Origin: Epiperipatus broadwayi
Lineage: Eukaryota; Animalia; Onychophora
Direction: 5' to 3'
Length of the DNA: 64,000 nucleotides
Assembly (NCBI GenBank): GCA_028023455.1
Contig: JAQFVV010000007.1
Location: 7,378,001 to 7,442,000, forward strand
Below the pieces are notes generated by a model. That model was not told the origin of the DNA. It did no database searches and worked only from the letters and a program-made list of their open reading frames with translations. The position numbers were made by a program, and so were the translations under genes. This document shows, in pieces, positions 39,844 through 51,787 of the stretch (position 1 is the stretch's first letter; every line of letters starts with the position of its first letter).

Positions 39844-39918
39844 CATCCGTCGGGAAGCGAACCCACAAACCCAAGATAACTGCTTGTAAGGCAGCTGTGC
39901 TGACTACTCGACAACCAA
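39844..39918 (-). mobile_element. tRNA-Val(TAC)-like SINE head or tRNA pseudogene
   Basis: Minus: A-box-like TGGTTGTCGAGTAG, anticodon arm CTGC-CTTACAA-GCAG, B box GGGTTCGCTTCCC; no clean acceptor stem. Confidence 0.5.
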
Positions 39919-41724
39919 ATACGCACGCACACAAACACATTTGCAAGAAAATCAATTAAGAGATAAAAAAGCAACACCGACAAAGAAGAATGAATGAAAG
40001 GACAAAATCAAGAAAGCAAAAATAAGTGAAAAAGCAAATAAATAAATAAAAAAGATTAATTACTAAAAATAGCAAACAACAAAGAAATTTAAAAGTGAAA
40101 AATATATTTTTATGGCAAAATGATCTCGTTGTTCCCACATCATGATTTCTACAATTTAGTAATTAAAACAGATTTTAAAACATTAAACTTTATAATTAAA
40201 TAAAGCAAACATGAATTATTTATAAGAAAATAATGTCATATAAAAAATGCATACAAAAAAGATTAATGAGATTACTTTAATAACAATAAACAGACTGTAG
40301 AGTGATTTATGTCGTTAACAAACAAACAAATCAAATAATTAAAATTACAAAGAATAAAAACAACTGTTATCTTTGTATGATAACAGCAAATGATTTTTTT
40401 TTTTATTCATAACATCATGCAGTAACTGAAACAAATAAATGACAAATATTAATTGCAAGTAAACAATTCAACAATTTATATCATATGTTATTAGATTTTT
40501 TTGCATAACTTTTATTAAAAATATTTTTAATTGTCGTCTCCATAACAGAAAAAATGCCTTATACATATCTGCAAACAACATTATTGATTCGAAAGAATAT
40601 TGAGGTGCGGCTATAAAACAACAACAACCAAAATATCTAATGAGTCAGTCATTCATTTACAATGAGTTCAAGATCCATAAACGTCACCTCTATCACTTCC
40701 TGTTAGAATTTCAAGCAATAAACCAATTGATTATTTATATATTAAGACAAAAGTCTGGTCACCATGGTTTTATGTAAAAGAAACACATCTCTTTGACATT
40801 TCCCTAGAATTTGGTTTTAGTTTTTTATAATATGGGTACTTTATTAAAATAACATTTCAAATAAAGACGTGTTATTTACTCCTTTTGCTGCTTAATATTT
40901 ATTTTTTATTTACTTTGTAAATATATTAAGTTATCTTCTTGCAATCATATTGAGATAGTTGAGTTAAGTAGTAGGTACCACAATTAAAGTAGTAATACAT
41001 CAGTAATACATCAGTATTATTTTATCATTGGAACATATTGTGTAATATAATGGTACAATGGAGATCTCTAGATCTCAAGACCCATGGATCATGATACACT
41101 TCTGGTGCTCAAATTTCTTATGACCTCCCAAGCGAAAACCACTGATTATTTTATTTGTATTCTGATAACAATATTATCATATATCAACTATGATATTACT
41201 CAACATATCACTTAAAAACTATCCATTATAAAAGTAAATAACATAGCTAATATAAGTAAACATGACAAAATAAATATGGAAGTGACATGCTGATAATATT
41301 ATATTTGAAGCTAAAAATAATGATCTGCAAATACACATCAAGAAAGACAAAGAACAACGTGGGGAAGGGGACTGTGGCAACATAAGACTAAAATCATCAT
41401 GGTAGGAGAGCAGTAAATAGTCTGTACTTTTGCCTGTTGGTATATCATTAAAAACAAAGATATTGAAAATAGCAAAGAAAATGAACAAGTGATTATTTGA
41501 TCAATTTAAACAACTTAATTTGTTCAAAAAGTGTATGGGCATGGAAAGGTTGAGGTAATATAATGTCAGGGAATAATAATTTTATCAGCACAATAATAAA
41601 TAGATCACTGAAGAGCTTACAAAAGATAATAAATTATTGATAATAAATTATTTTACTGTCATCATTAAAAATCTGCATGATTTTGATGATACCTAATGAC
41701 AATAAGCCACTGATACTGTTAACA

Positions 41725-43175
41725 TGCATGGTCATGATATACTGTATTAAAACCATTTTTAAATCCAGCTTGTTCTTTTGGTTGGTGGAAATCCAATGTT
41801 CTCTGTAGATGAGTTGTAATTATCTTGGTAAAAATTTTGTATAAAACTGATAAAAGGCTGATAGTCTGTAATTTCTAATATCTTCTTTATCACTTTTTTC
41901 AAATATTAAAATTAATACTGCATTCTTCCAATCATCTGGTACATGTTTACCATTTAGACATTTGGTATATAACTTTGTCAAAATTCTTTCTATTTTTTCA
42001 CCTGCTTCTTTTAATATATCGATTATAATTCCATCATTACCTGGAGCTGATCCTTTCTTCATAGATTTAATGGCATGTCTCACTTCTTCATTTAAAATTC
42101 TGGAAAATTCAGAAGATGTAATAGATATAGGAGGTTGTTGTTCTTTATTACTATATAATTCTTGATAAAAGTTTTCTACCCATTTCATGATATCATCTCT
42201 CTATTTAGTAATAATTTCATTTTTTTTCTTATTGCAGATAAAAATTTTCTACCAATCCCAAAATGTTGTTTTACACTCTTAAGACTTTTATTCTCTTCTA
42301 CAGATTTCCTTGCTAGTTTACAATTATACTTTCTTATATCATTTTCAAATCTTTTCCACACCATTTTACAAAATTCGAGATATTCAATCCTTTTTAATGC
42401 ATCATTTTTGTATAGCTTCATATATCTTCTTTTCTTCATAAATTCTCTAGTCTCAGTAGAAATTTTATTGGTCAATTGCTGCTTTTTTTCTACCAGCTAC
42501 CTTTGTTGCAGTTTTTAAAAGTGTATTAGTTATTTTCATATTAATTTCATTCAAATCTAAATCATGTTCAAAATCTACTAATACTTGAAACCGATTTGTA
42601 TGTCCTAATTTAAATTCATTAGAATGTTTCTGAAAAATAGAAATATCAACTGTAAATATTGCTTTCCTTAATAATTTTTGTCTCTCTAGTTTTACATTAA
42701 CATGTATCTTACATCTTACTAATCGATGATCACTTCCTGTGTTAAATTTATTAAAAACATTACAATCTTGAAATATGTATTTTCTGTTAGTCAAAATATA
42801 ATCCAATTCTTCTGTACCTTCATTTGGATGCTTCCATGTCCATTTCTTTTTAACATTTTTCTCAAAAAAAGAATTCATAATATAAAGTTTTTCTTTTTCT
42901 GCAAAGTGTACAAGTCTATGTTCTCTCTCATTTCTATTACCATAACCAAAATTTTCTATAGCACTTTCATTTGGTTACCAATTCCAGCATTAAAGTCTCC
43001 CATAACAATTTTAAAATGTTATTTACTCTGATCAAAAGTCTTTTGTACATCCATATAGAAATCTTCTACTACTTCATCATTATGAGAACTTGTTGGGGCA
43101 TAAACCTGAATTATCTGCATTTGGTATATGCTATTAAGTTGTATAACTATATGCTGATAGATTTTATAATGTTTT
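41725..43175 (-). mobile_element. RTE LINE internal fragment (endonuclease C-terminal half to early RT), same family as 61.1-63.7 kb
   Basis: IIQVYAPTS, WTWKHPNEGTEELDYILTN, SDHRLVRCKI, APGNDGI, DWKNAVLILIFEK, NYR; ORFs 42465..42878, 42185..42475 and 41820..42188. Confidence 0.92.
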
Positions 43176-43399
43176 TAATGGGTTTTTAAAAATAAATTTA
43201 CATTCATTAAAACTTGGTATTAAAACAAAAGCAGCTCTTTACACTAGTGCCACCTATAGTAATTTTGAATAATCAATGATAATGACTTCATTTCCAGACT
43301 AGTTTTTGGCTTTTATCTTTGTTAATAAGGCATGGAATTCAAAGTTAGAAGTAACATTATAACATCAATTTTACTATTTAAGTTAATGTATTTAATGAT

Positions 43400-43655
43400 T
43401 GATAGCAGTAGCAAACTTTCCATGTAGTAGTGCCACCAAGTGCAAGTCTTTGTAATCAATGGATGCAGGAAGATTTGTGCATAAAATCCCTATGTGTACT
43501 TGCTCATCCAATATTCTCAGACTAATTTCTAGTATGTGGCTTTCATTAGTGAGGAGCCATGGATTTGAACACTGCACTATTGTATAAATAATTTGCTACT
43601 GTTATTAACAGTCTGTGTAAAAATATAAACTGGTGATCATGTGATGTTTTGATGG
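43400..43655 (-). mobile_element. Hammerhead-bearing repeat copy (family A motif at 43515-43554, core mutated to CTAATGA)
   Basis: Minus: CCTCA CTAATGA AAGCCACATACTA GAAA TTAG TC TGAGAA. Confidence 0.7.
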
Positions 43656-44297
43656 TATTAAAGCTTCCTTTCAATGCATTTTGAAGTATTTCTTTTAATT
43701 GTATTTACTTATAAAAATAATTAATTCCCAAAGTTAATTAAAAAAATGTTCCAATTTGTTTTATAAAGGGAAAATCTTTATATGCATTCAAAACAGGTGA
43801 ATGAAATATAAAAAATAAAAAAAATCAAGGTGCATTTCTGCAAAAAAAAAAAAACCGCTTGTAAAGTTATATTATAATATTTTCTCAGATTTTCTGAACA
43901 TCAATTTCTTTTAGATAATAGATCAATCTTATTGAAATTAATGTCAAACAATAAAATGTTAGGCTATAAAAGGCCTTTGCAAGCATGAAAACTAAGTTTA
44001 TCAGTTTATTTATTCTGGTAGTAGTAGTTTGTATTAAGAGTGAAAATTAAAAGAGTCCATCCAAAGAAGGATATAATGAATGGGCTGACATTATTGTTTG
44101 TACAACTTCAAGCAAATGACAACTTGTTAAGAAATTGTTATATTTATATCTATATTGTCACAGGAATAATGCCTTAATTATTCAATAATAACACACAAAT
44201 TTATCTTATTGCATTACAAAATTCATACAATATTAATATCATTTTAGTTCTTTATTACTTTTATAATGCATTTTACAACCTACTATGGATGGATTTG

Positions 44298-44396
44298 ATT
44301 GCCCCAGCATATCTTCTTCAGAACTTCTACTTATAGTAAGATTTGAAAATATAAGTAGAAGTTCTGAAAAAGATTGCTGAGGCAATTGAAAATGTC
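44298..44396. repeat. ~90-nt near-perfect hairpin whose arms carry a hammerhead-like core
   Basis: About 38-nt arms and a 14-nt loop; the right arm continues CTGAAAA A GATTGC TGAG GCAATT GAAA ATGTC. Confidence 0.8.
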
Positions 44397-44961
44397 AATA
44401 GTGGGTTGCAAAAAGCATTGTAAAAGTAATAAAGAAGTAAAATGATACTAATAACACACAACCCAGGAAATAAATGTTAAGATATCTATTATAAATAATT
44501 ACAATGATAAAATATATACAACAGTTTAAATACAGAGATTCTCCACAAGTGTTTAATTGTGAATGACAGTCGCCACGTGTTGGTAAGTAGGTTGTGTAGA
44601 ACACAAAGGAGCTTCATCATGGAAGTGCCAATATGTAAATAAAAATGTTTACATTTTTTAATTATTCATCATTAGAAATACCTTTTGAGTGTAAATATTT
44701 TTTAATTAATATAAGAGGAATATTTTATTTAAACTTATTTGTGACAATTACCAGAGCCTCAAATTTTTAGGTAAGAGCTCTAAATATACTGCATGTATAC
44801 TCTTATCATTACAAATATGGGGCATTTGAACTCAGACTTTCAAGCACCTACATATATCCACACTATCTGATACCACTGATACATATGACCATACACATGT
44901 AGAAAAGATAAATAATCCCCAATATAAGAAATGGTGATCATGTGATGTTTATTGGTTAATC

Positions 44962-45005
44962 ACCAATATACATATTTCATGCTAAACCAGCCCTCATCAG
45001 TTGGT
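44962..45005 (-). ncRNA. Minimal type I hammerhead motif, family B (best copy)
   Basis: ACCAA CTGATGA GGGCT GGTTT AGCAT GAAA TATGTA TA TTGGT: intact core, perfect stem I, 4 of 5 stem II pairs, A-U/U-A stem III. Confidence 0.72.
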
Positions 45006-46323
45006 CCAGAGCATCATATCACCCACATATATATATAATCAGTACTTATCATTACACTAAATTGAATAGGCTGATTCCATTTTGTCATGATAATAAAACT
45101 TATATGTAAATGTTTAGATTTCTAAATCACCATCGTCTTAGATACACATTCTCATTATAAATATTTATTATTTAGATACAAAAATAATATTTCTTCACTT
45201 AAACTTATTGTGACTATTGCTCAAGCCTCAAAATATATTTGTATATACTCAACCATTGCACGAAACCACACAAGTCAATGTGATTTCATCACTATCATTA
45301 GTAAAATTTATATGTAATGAAAATGCTTAGATTTTCCAATCATTTTTATTTAAATATCATAATTTATATAAATATTAACACATTATTAATAATTTATTAA
45401 AAAAATACTTATTTTAAAAATACTGTCTTATAATTCTGCATATGATGAAATTATATTTCTCAATAATAATTTACAAATTTTAAATGTGTTGTTCTCTTTA
45501 AAGTACTGGAAAAAGTGGATGCCTCTAAAATGTGAGTCCTGGAATTGATTCCATTGCTTTGTTTTATTAATTTTTTCATTACTGTTATCTTTCTCTTATT
45601 ATTTTTCATGCCATATTATCTTTTTATATGTTTTACTAAGCAGCATTGCAAGGTGTTTTAATTACTTCTAAAATTATATTGAATAGACAATCTAAGTGTG
45701 ACAATTTAAAATTTCTTTTCTTAAAGAAATCCTGGCTAAATTTCCAAATGTCAAAATATATAATAAAGTATAATATATAAAACAGGATTTATTAATAAGC
45801 ATTAAAAATACAATATAGTAGTGCACATATTTTATTATACAACAAAAACAAGTGAAAGTATTTTTGTTAATATAAAATGTAAACAAGTTTTGTGTCTGAA
45901 ATGTTCTGATTTAAAAATAATGAATAGATTTTGAAAGCAAAGAGTTGTTAACAAAAAAGTGTTAATGGGATGTATGAGTTATATCAAATGAGTTATTTAA
46001 ACCTGACATAGTTTGATGGTCCTAATAAAATATAAATGTTATATGAATAAACAATATATGAAAATTTGAAATATTGGACTCTATATATGACAAATTATAG
46101 TTTTGATAGTGGAATAAAATCATATAAAAACAAATAATAATGTAAATATTTTATAACTGAAGAAATATAATTTTGTTAGTAGAAAACAAGAATAAGTTAA
46201 TACATAAGAAATTTTTAATGGGTTGTCAAACAATTGAAGAACTATTTTTTAAGAATTGATTAAAATTGATCTAAATATTGATTCAAAAAGAAAAAAAAAC
46301 TCTCTTTGCTACTTTTTATGCAG

Positions 46324-46392
46324 GATGGAGCTCAAAAGTGAAGCATTCCAAAAAATCATATTCTGGAAGTACATAATATTATTAATAACCAG
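46324..46392 (+). CDS. Candidate 69-nt exon of an unidentified gene
   Basis: Pyrimidine-rich acceptor ...actttttatgcag/ and perfect ccag/gtaagt donor; one open frame, MELKSEAFQKIIFWKYIILLIT. Confidence 0.3.
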
Positions 46393-47705
46393 GTAAGTAA
46401 TATATATATTATATAATTACTTATATAATATTATGGTCCAGTGAGAAGGGGAGAGCAGTGCAATATTTTCATGGGTATGTGTGGTGGTTCTTTTAAATAT
46501 GATAAAAACATTTAGATATTTAAAAAATTATTTTAATTAGCAGATATTTCCTACTTCTACTAGTAATTTTGTATGATTGTACAAAAAATAATATAAAAAC
46601 TTTTGACTGAAAAGATTAAAAATATCAAATTTACTAAATACATATTTTTGTATTAAGATATCTTTAAGTATTGTTTCAAAAAAATATTACTTTTAAACAT
46701 TAGTTTGTTTTATTTCACCTGTGTTTTATATTCTGGCTTTATTTTATAGAAATAAATGACTAAAATATGTAAGAGAGATTTAAAATGTGTAAAGCTATAT
46801 TTTTAAGTTGTTTTTTTTTGGCAAAAGTGCTGGAAAAGAAGGTTTTTTACAAATTTTAATTTGTATAATGAGTTTTGGGGGTGTTAAAATGTATCTTGCA
46901 CAAAGGCAGTTCTTACACATGTGGTGGTTCTAGTGAATGGAGTAACAAGAATTTAAAAAATAATTCTGATTCATCTTTTGAACTCTAACTTCTTAACTTA
47001 TTAAATGGTTTGCAACAAGTGCAGATACTATGAAGTCAGTATCTAACAGCTTCCTTCTTGGGGTATGAGCATGCCCCATTGTATTCTATTCAATTCTGGG
47101 CAAGCTCAAAGTTGGTTGATGTCTGAGAAGTGTCTAAAGTTGTCTAACTATATTCTCAAATGAATCTCCAATATAATCCGTATCTGTTTTTATACTGGAA
47201 TAATTGGATTCACTGATCTAACTCTCCAATTGTCTTGCATTTATTAACTTTCATTGTCATATCATTGGTCAGCTGCATTATACATTCTATACATCTTGAT
47301 AATATTGTAAAGTCCATTATTTGAAGGTCACAACTAAAATCTTTATGAATTATCTTGTTCTAACCTAATAAGCAACAAAGAATGCCTTTCACTGACCTTC
47401 AATTCAATTATAATTATAAATTTGTGTGGAAAATTTACTAATAATATATCTCAAAGTAAAGTATTTAGAAAAAATTTCCAAGACAGAAAAGCTTTCATAA
47501 ATTTTAAATGTTAAAAACACTTATAGCCTGATTGTATGCATTATCACAAATAAGATAATGGATAAGATTTATTGGTTTTTTCCTTGTTATATGTCTGTGA
47601 AATTCAGATGTTCTCAGTTATATTTTAAATAATATTTTAAAATGATATTAAATCATGATGTTTTCCATTATTGCATATTCAAATAAAATTAATTTAATAA
47701 TTTAG

Positions 47706-47906
47706 TATATAGAGTATGTGAGCACAGACTTTCACATGACACACCACTCTCCACTCTATCTCAGGAGCAACTGATGATTGCTGGTTTAGCATGAAATACT
47801 TATATTGGTGATTATTTATCTTTTTGACATATGTGTTCAAGTGTATTATTATTATGAGATAGAGTGGTGGGTCATGTGAAAATCTGTGCTCATATACCCT
47901 ATATAT
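47706..47906. repeat. ~200-bp inverted repeat enclosing a family B hammerhead (47766-47809, plus)
   Basis: About 50-bp arms; inner motif AGCAA CTGATGA TTGCT GGTTT AGCAT GAAA TACTTA TA TTGGT. Confidence 0.75.
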
Positions 47907-49084
47907 TACATGTATTAATACAAGTATGTAATAAGCCTGTATTTCAGTTATTTAATAATTTAGATATTTTATTTGAATTAACTAATAATTGCAAACAATA
48001 TATACATATTCAAAAATACTTACTAATTTACTTTTTTTATGTGTAAAGTTGTTCATATTTAAACAATGTACATCTTGATAAATATGTATAAATTATTATA
48101 TATTATCCAGCCTTCTTATCAATTAAATATTTTTGTTATTGAAAACTATTATTGATTCGTTATTTGTTCTTTATATATAATAATACTGTGATGAAATATA
48201 ATGATATGTTTTTATATGATGTAGGAATTTGTTTTCCTTTAACTGAGTTCTGGAGCTAGAGTTGTAACAATTGTGGATATACATGCATATTTTCTGTTGT
48301 GTTCGCTTGTTCAAAAGGTATTCAGCACTATCCCTTCTCTTTAGAGATGTAAATATAAACAGGAAATTCTGGTCATACATAGTTATTGTGATAGAGTTGA
48401 TGTACATGAGAAAATCATAGATAATCAACATCTACACCTCAGCAAGATTACATGATTGTCATCATTCTTTACAATGAAATTTAAGACCCAATCATACACC
48501 ATTGCACATTTAGAAGCTCAATATAAATCTTGATTTCATACCACTACAAGTATGACCTCATTTTGGGTCATCAAATATGTAAAGATACATATAGTCACAC
48601 CCTGGGTCACAATATAAGTAATAATATCTAAGTTTGGAATCAGTTATCTTCCTTTCCATTATATCATCAATATATAAATGAATATAAAATTGCTTGGTAG
48701 TGTATATGAAGTATGAATACCAGAAGTAATACAGTTGGAGTTGAAATCCATGAATCTACAGTTTCAGAATCCAACAGTGCATGAAACCATGAAGAGATAA
48801 AAATATATGATTAAATTAAGGGGAAAATGACTAATGCTATTAATATTGATGATGATCATACTTATTAAGCAAACCATGCATATACTAAATCCATCATGGT
48901 AACTCAAAGTTATTTTAAGTATATATATATATATGGACTACTCATTCTCACTTTAATATTCAATAATATTATAATAAAAAAGTGTTTTCACCTTCTTATT
49001 TGGCTGTCTTTGTAAACAAGGAAGATTTACTTGAATACTCAAGGCAGAAAATATGAATATTAATCAATTCAATTATTTATATGC

Positions 49085-49300
49085 ATCATTATTATTATCA
49101 ATCCATTGCAGAATGAGACCTTTTTATGTTTAATCAAGATTCTCAGATTTCTAACCTCCCTTCTCCACATCATCCCAACAAACTTCCTTATACATCCAAT
49201 TCACATGTGGTCTATTTCTAGTTCTTTTATAATCTTTGTAAACAGTTTATAATTTCAGCTGTCCATCTATTATCATCTCTTCTAGAAATATATCCAACAC
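49085..49300 (-). mobile_element. 5'-truncated RTE LINE 3' end (diverged)
   Basis: Reverse complement similarity to 63430-63665. Confidence 0.8.
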
Positions 49301-49369
49301 ATTTCTCTCACAGAGTCAATTAAAAGTCACATAATTCAAGTAATTGCAGATGTGTATGCAATGAATGAA

Positions 49370-50201
49370 AGGATTCAAAGAGATATTCTTATATTATGGC
49401 ATCCCAAAATTATTAATCACAGATAAAAGGATTGCCTTTACATGAAAAATGCTTAAAGAAACATTAGTAGAATAGAAACATCCACACATGTTAACATTTT
49501 TTTATCCAGGGTCCAATGATCTAGCCAAAACAACTAAAGCCAATTGTAAACAAAAGCTATGTAAATGATATACATGAGGCTATATATCTGTACTTATCAC
49601 CTAAAATACAATGCCTTCAATAGACAATCAGAAAAATTCTGCAGAGTTATTGATAGAATGTACAATAAGGTCAAATTAACATTACTAGTACAAAATGAAA
49701 TCTTAAATATAGATCAGACAATAATAATTGTAAAAATAAATTAGATGAGCTTAAAGAGAAAGGTAAAAAGTCAGCATATACTAGAAAAATATAAATTTAA
49801 CTGTAAAATAAATGATAAGGTAAGGGTACAAAACAATAAAAAAAAAAGATTGGATACAAAAGAAAATAATTGCTATTCTGTCAAAAAATAATTATGAAGC
49901 TAAAACCTGAAAATAGGGGTAAATATGAAAGACACACAATTCATCTCCATTATGTTAATTAAGGTGGCACAGACAAACTAATGATGCCAGTTTCCAATGA
50001 AATGAAAAGATAAAAGCAGTAAAATGTGGTAATGGAAGTGATTACAAAAAATTGAAAGGCAACCAGAAGAAAGAAGGTGAAACCTAAAAATGAATTATCA
50101 TTGAATCTGCTAAACTAGATGACCACTGAACTACTTCAAAGACTATGAATGTTAAATATATCAGAAATTTACCTTCTACATCTAGAGAAGAGGGGGAGAA
50201 G
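49370..50201 (+). mobile_element. Ancient gypsy integrase relic ending in a polypurine tract
   Basis: FKEIFLYYGIPKLLITDKRIAFT*...FYPGSNDLAK...SAELL (rve core), NDKVRVQN...W, then agagaagagggggagaag/tg at about 50184-50201. Confidence 0.6.
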
Positions 50202-51672
50202 TGATTTTTCGTGTTTTTGTTTTTTTTTTAATTTTTATATATGTCTATAAATTAATAAAAAATTACTTAGTGTATATAAAAAGAAAAATGTTCATAAATT
50301 AGATAATGAAAGAATATAAAATTAAATAAGGATCAAAAAAGGTATATAATTAATACAATAGGTAGATAAACAATTGAACATCTAAGTAGTGATGAATGCA
50401 AAAAAATACATACCAAATTTAAATCTAGATCAGGTCATAGATTTAATTAATAAACAAAGTTCTTCTAACATAACAAACAAGTAAACTAATTCATGTTTCC
50501 AGAAGTCTAAGCTAAAATTGTGAAAAATGATTATTAGAAAAACTAAAGAATGATAAATAACTTCATTTGCTTTTTGGAGGTCTGAAGAGAGGAAATACTA
50601 TAGTCCTAGGAATCTGGATTAGATGCAGGATATCTTATTATATCAGAACAATTATTATTATTTTCATAAGCTGTAAGGTCTTTTCCTTTATATTTTTGTA
50701 ATTAATACACCTTTCCCATAAATAATAATTCTTAATTATCTATTTAATTGATTATGAATAATAATTTATTAATGTTTGGATCCTCAGATTACTTGACTAT
50801 TATTTCTCAGTAGGCACAAGTAAAAATATTATGTCCCAATAATAAGATTGGCATTTGCTATTTGCATAATAGAAACACAGATCACTCAATTGTCATCTAC
50901 AGACAGGGGAAGATAAGACATCTAATATTAGACCAGTAGACAGATAGTGATGTATGAAATAAATTAGGCAGGATAGAGTACATATATAAATATTTATTTA
51001 TACATAAGACTATAATATATACATACATATAGATATTTCAGAGTAAGAGGTTTTCTATAGATCAGTAATGTTATATTTGTAAAAATGTGTTAAGGTGTTA
51101 ATTTTAAGCCTAGGCAGAAATGAAAATAATTAGAAAAAGGAGAGAAGATTGGAATTTTTAAAGATGAGATTTAGAATGGACACTATAAATTAAAACACTG
51201 AAAAAAAAAGATGATGATTTGTTTATTAAATTAACATAAAAACTAGGAATAGAAACTGAGTTGGCAAAGTAGTTAAAAATAAAAGGCAATAAGAAGAATA
51301 CGTTGGGATAGAACAACGAAAGGAAAAAAAGAAGACAAATATCTTGTAAGAAAGATAGCAATTGTAATTTTTTTTAACGACAAAGATAAAATAGAAAAAA
51401 GTTATAGATATGTAACTAGATTTAAAAACAATACTTTGGTTTTTGGCTATAACATATAATCACGTGATGCAATGTCACATATAGTTAGACGCAGTGATAG
51501 AATAGTGGATTCTGGAGGATTATCTCCATCTATCACGTCTAAGTCGAACTTCTTACGTCTCCCAACTAATGAACCATTTGATCATTTTTTTAAACAATGC
51601 AGAAAACTTTCTGTAAGCATAAATAAATAAATAAATGTTTTTTTCCCTAAGGAATTCATAAAAAATTTGAAA

Positions 51673-51787
51673 GCCGAAAGTACGAGTACTGGAATCGAAC
51701 CGAGGGTCCTATTTTTCAGACTACTGGAATCGATCCTAGCATTTTATTCTTCAAAGTCTATCTCTCTACCAACTGCGCAAGGCAATG
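51673..51787 (-). mobile_element. tRNA-Phe-like SINE head or pseudogene with duplicated B box
   Basis: Minus: gcgcagttggtagag A box, tagac.ttgaag arm, two G(G/A)TTCGATTCCAGT-like B boxes, ending in tttcggc like tRNA-Phe. Confidence 0.45.

Noticed and set aside
39645-39918. Functional tRNA genes
   Set aside because: A and B boxes are present but acceptor stems and spacing are disrupted, so they are treated as SINE heads or pseudogenes.
43140-43175. Both long RTE copies start near the same endonuclease position (IQVYAPT), suggesting a shared truncated master
   Set aside because: With only two copies and imprecise, non-identical breakpoints, coincidence cannot be excluded.
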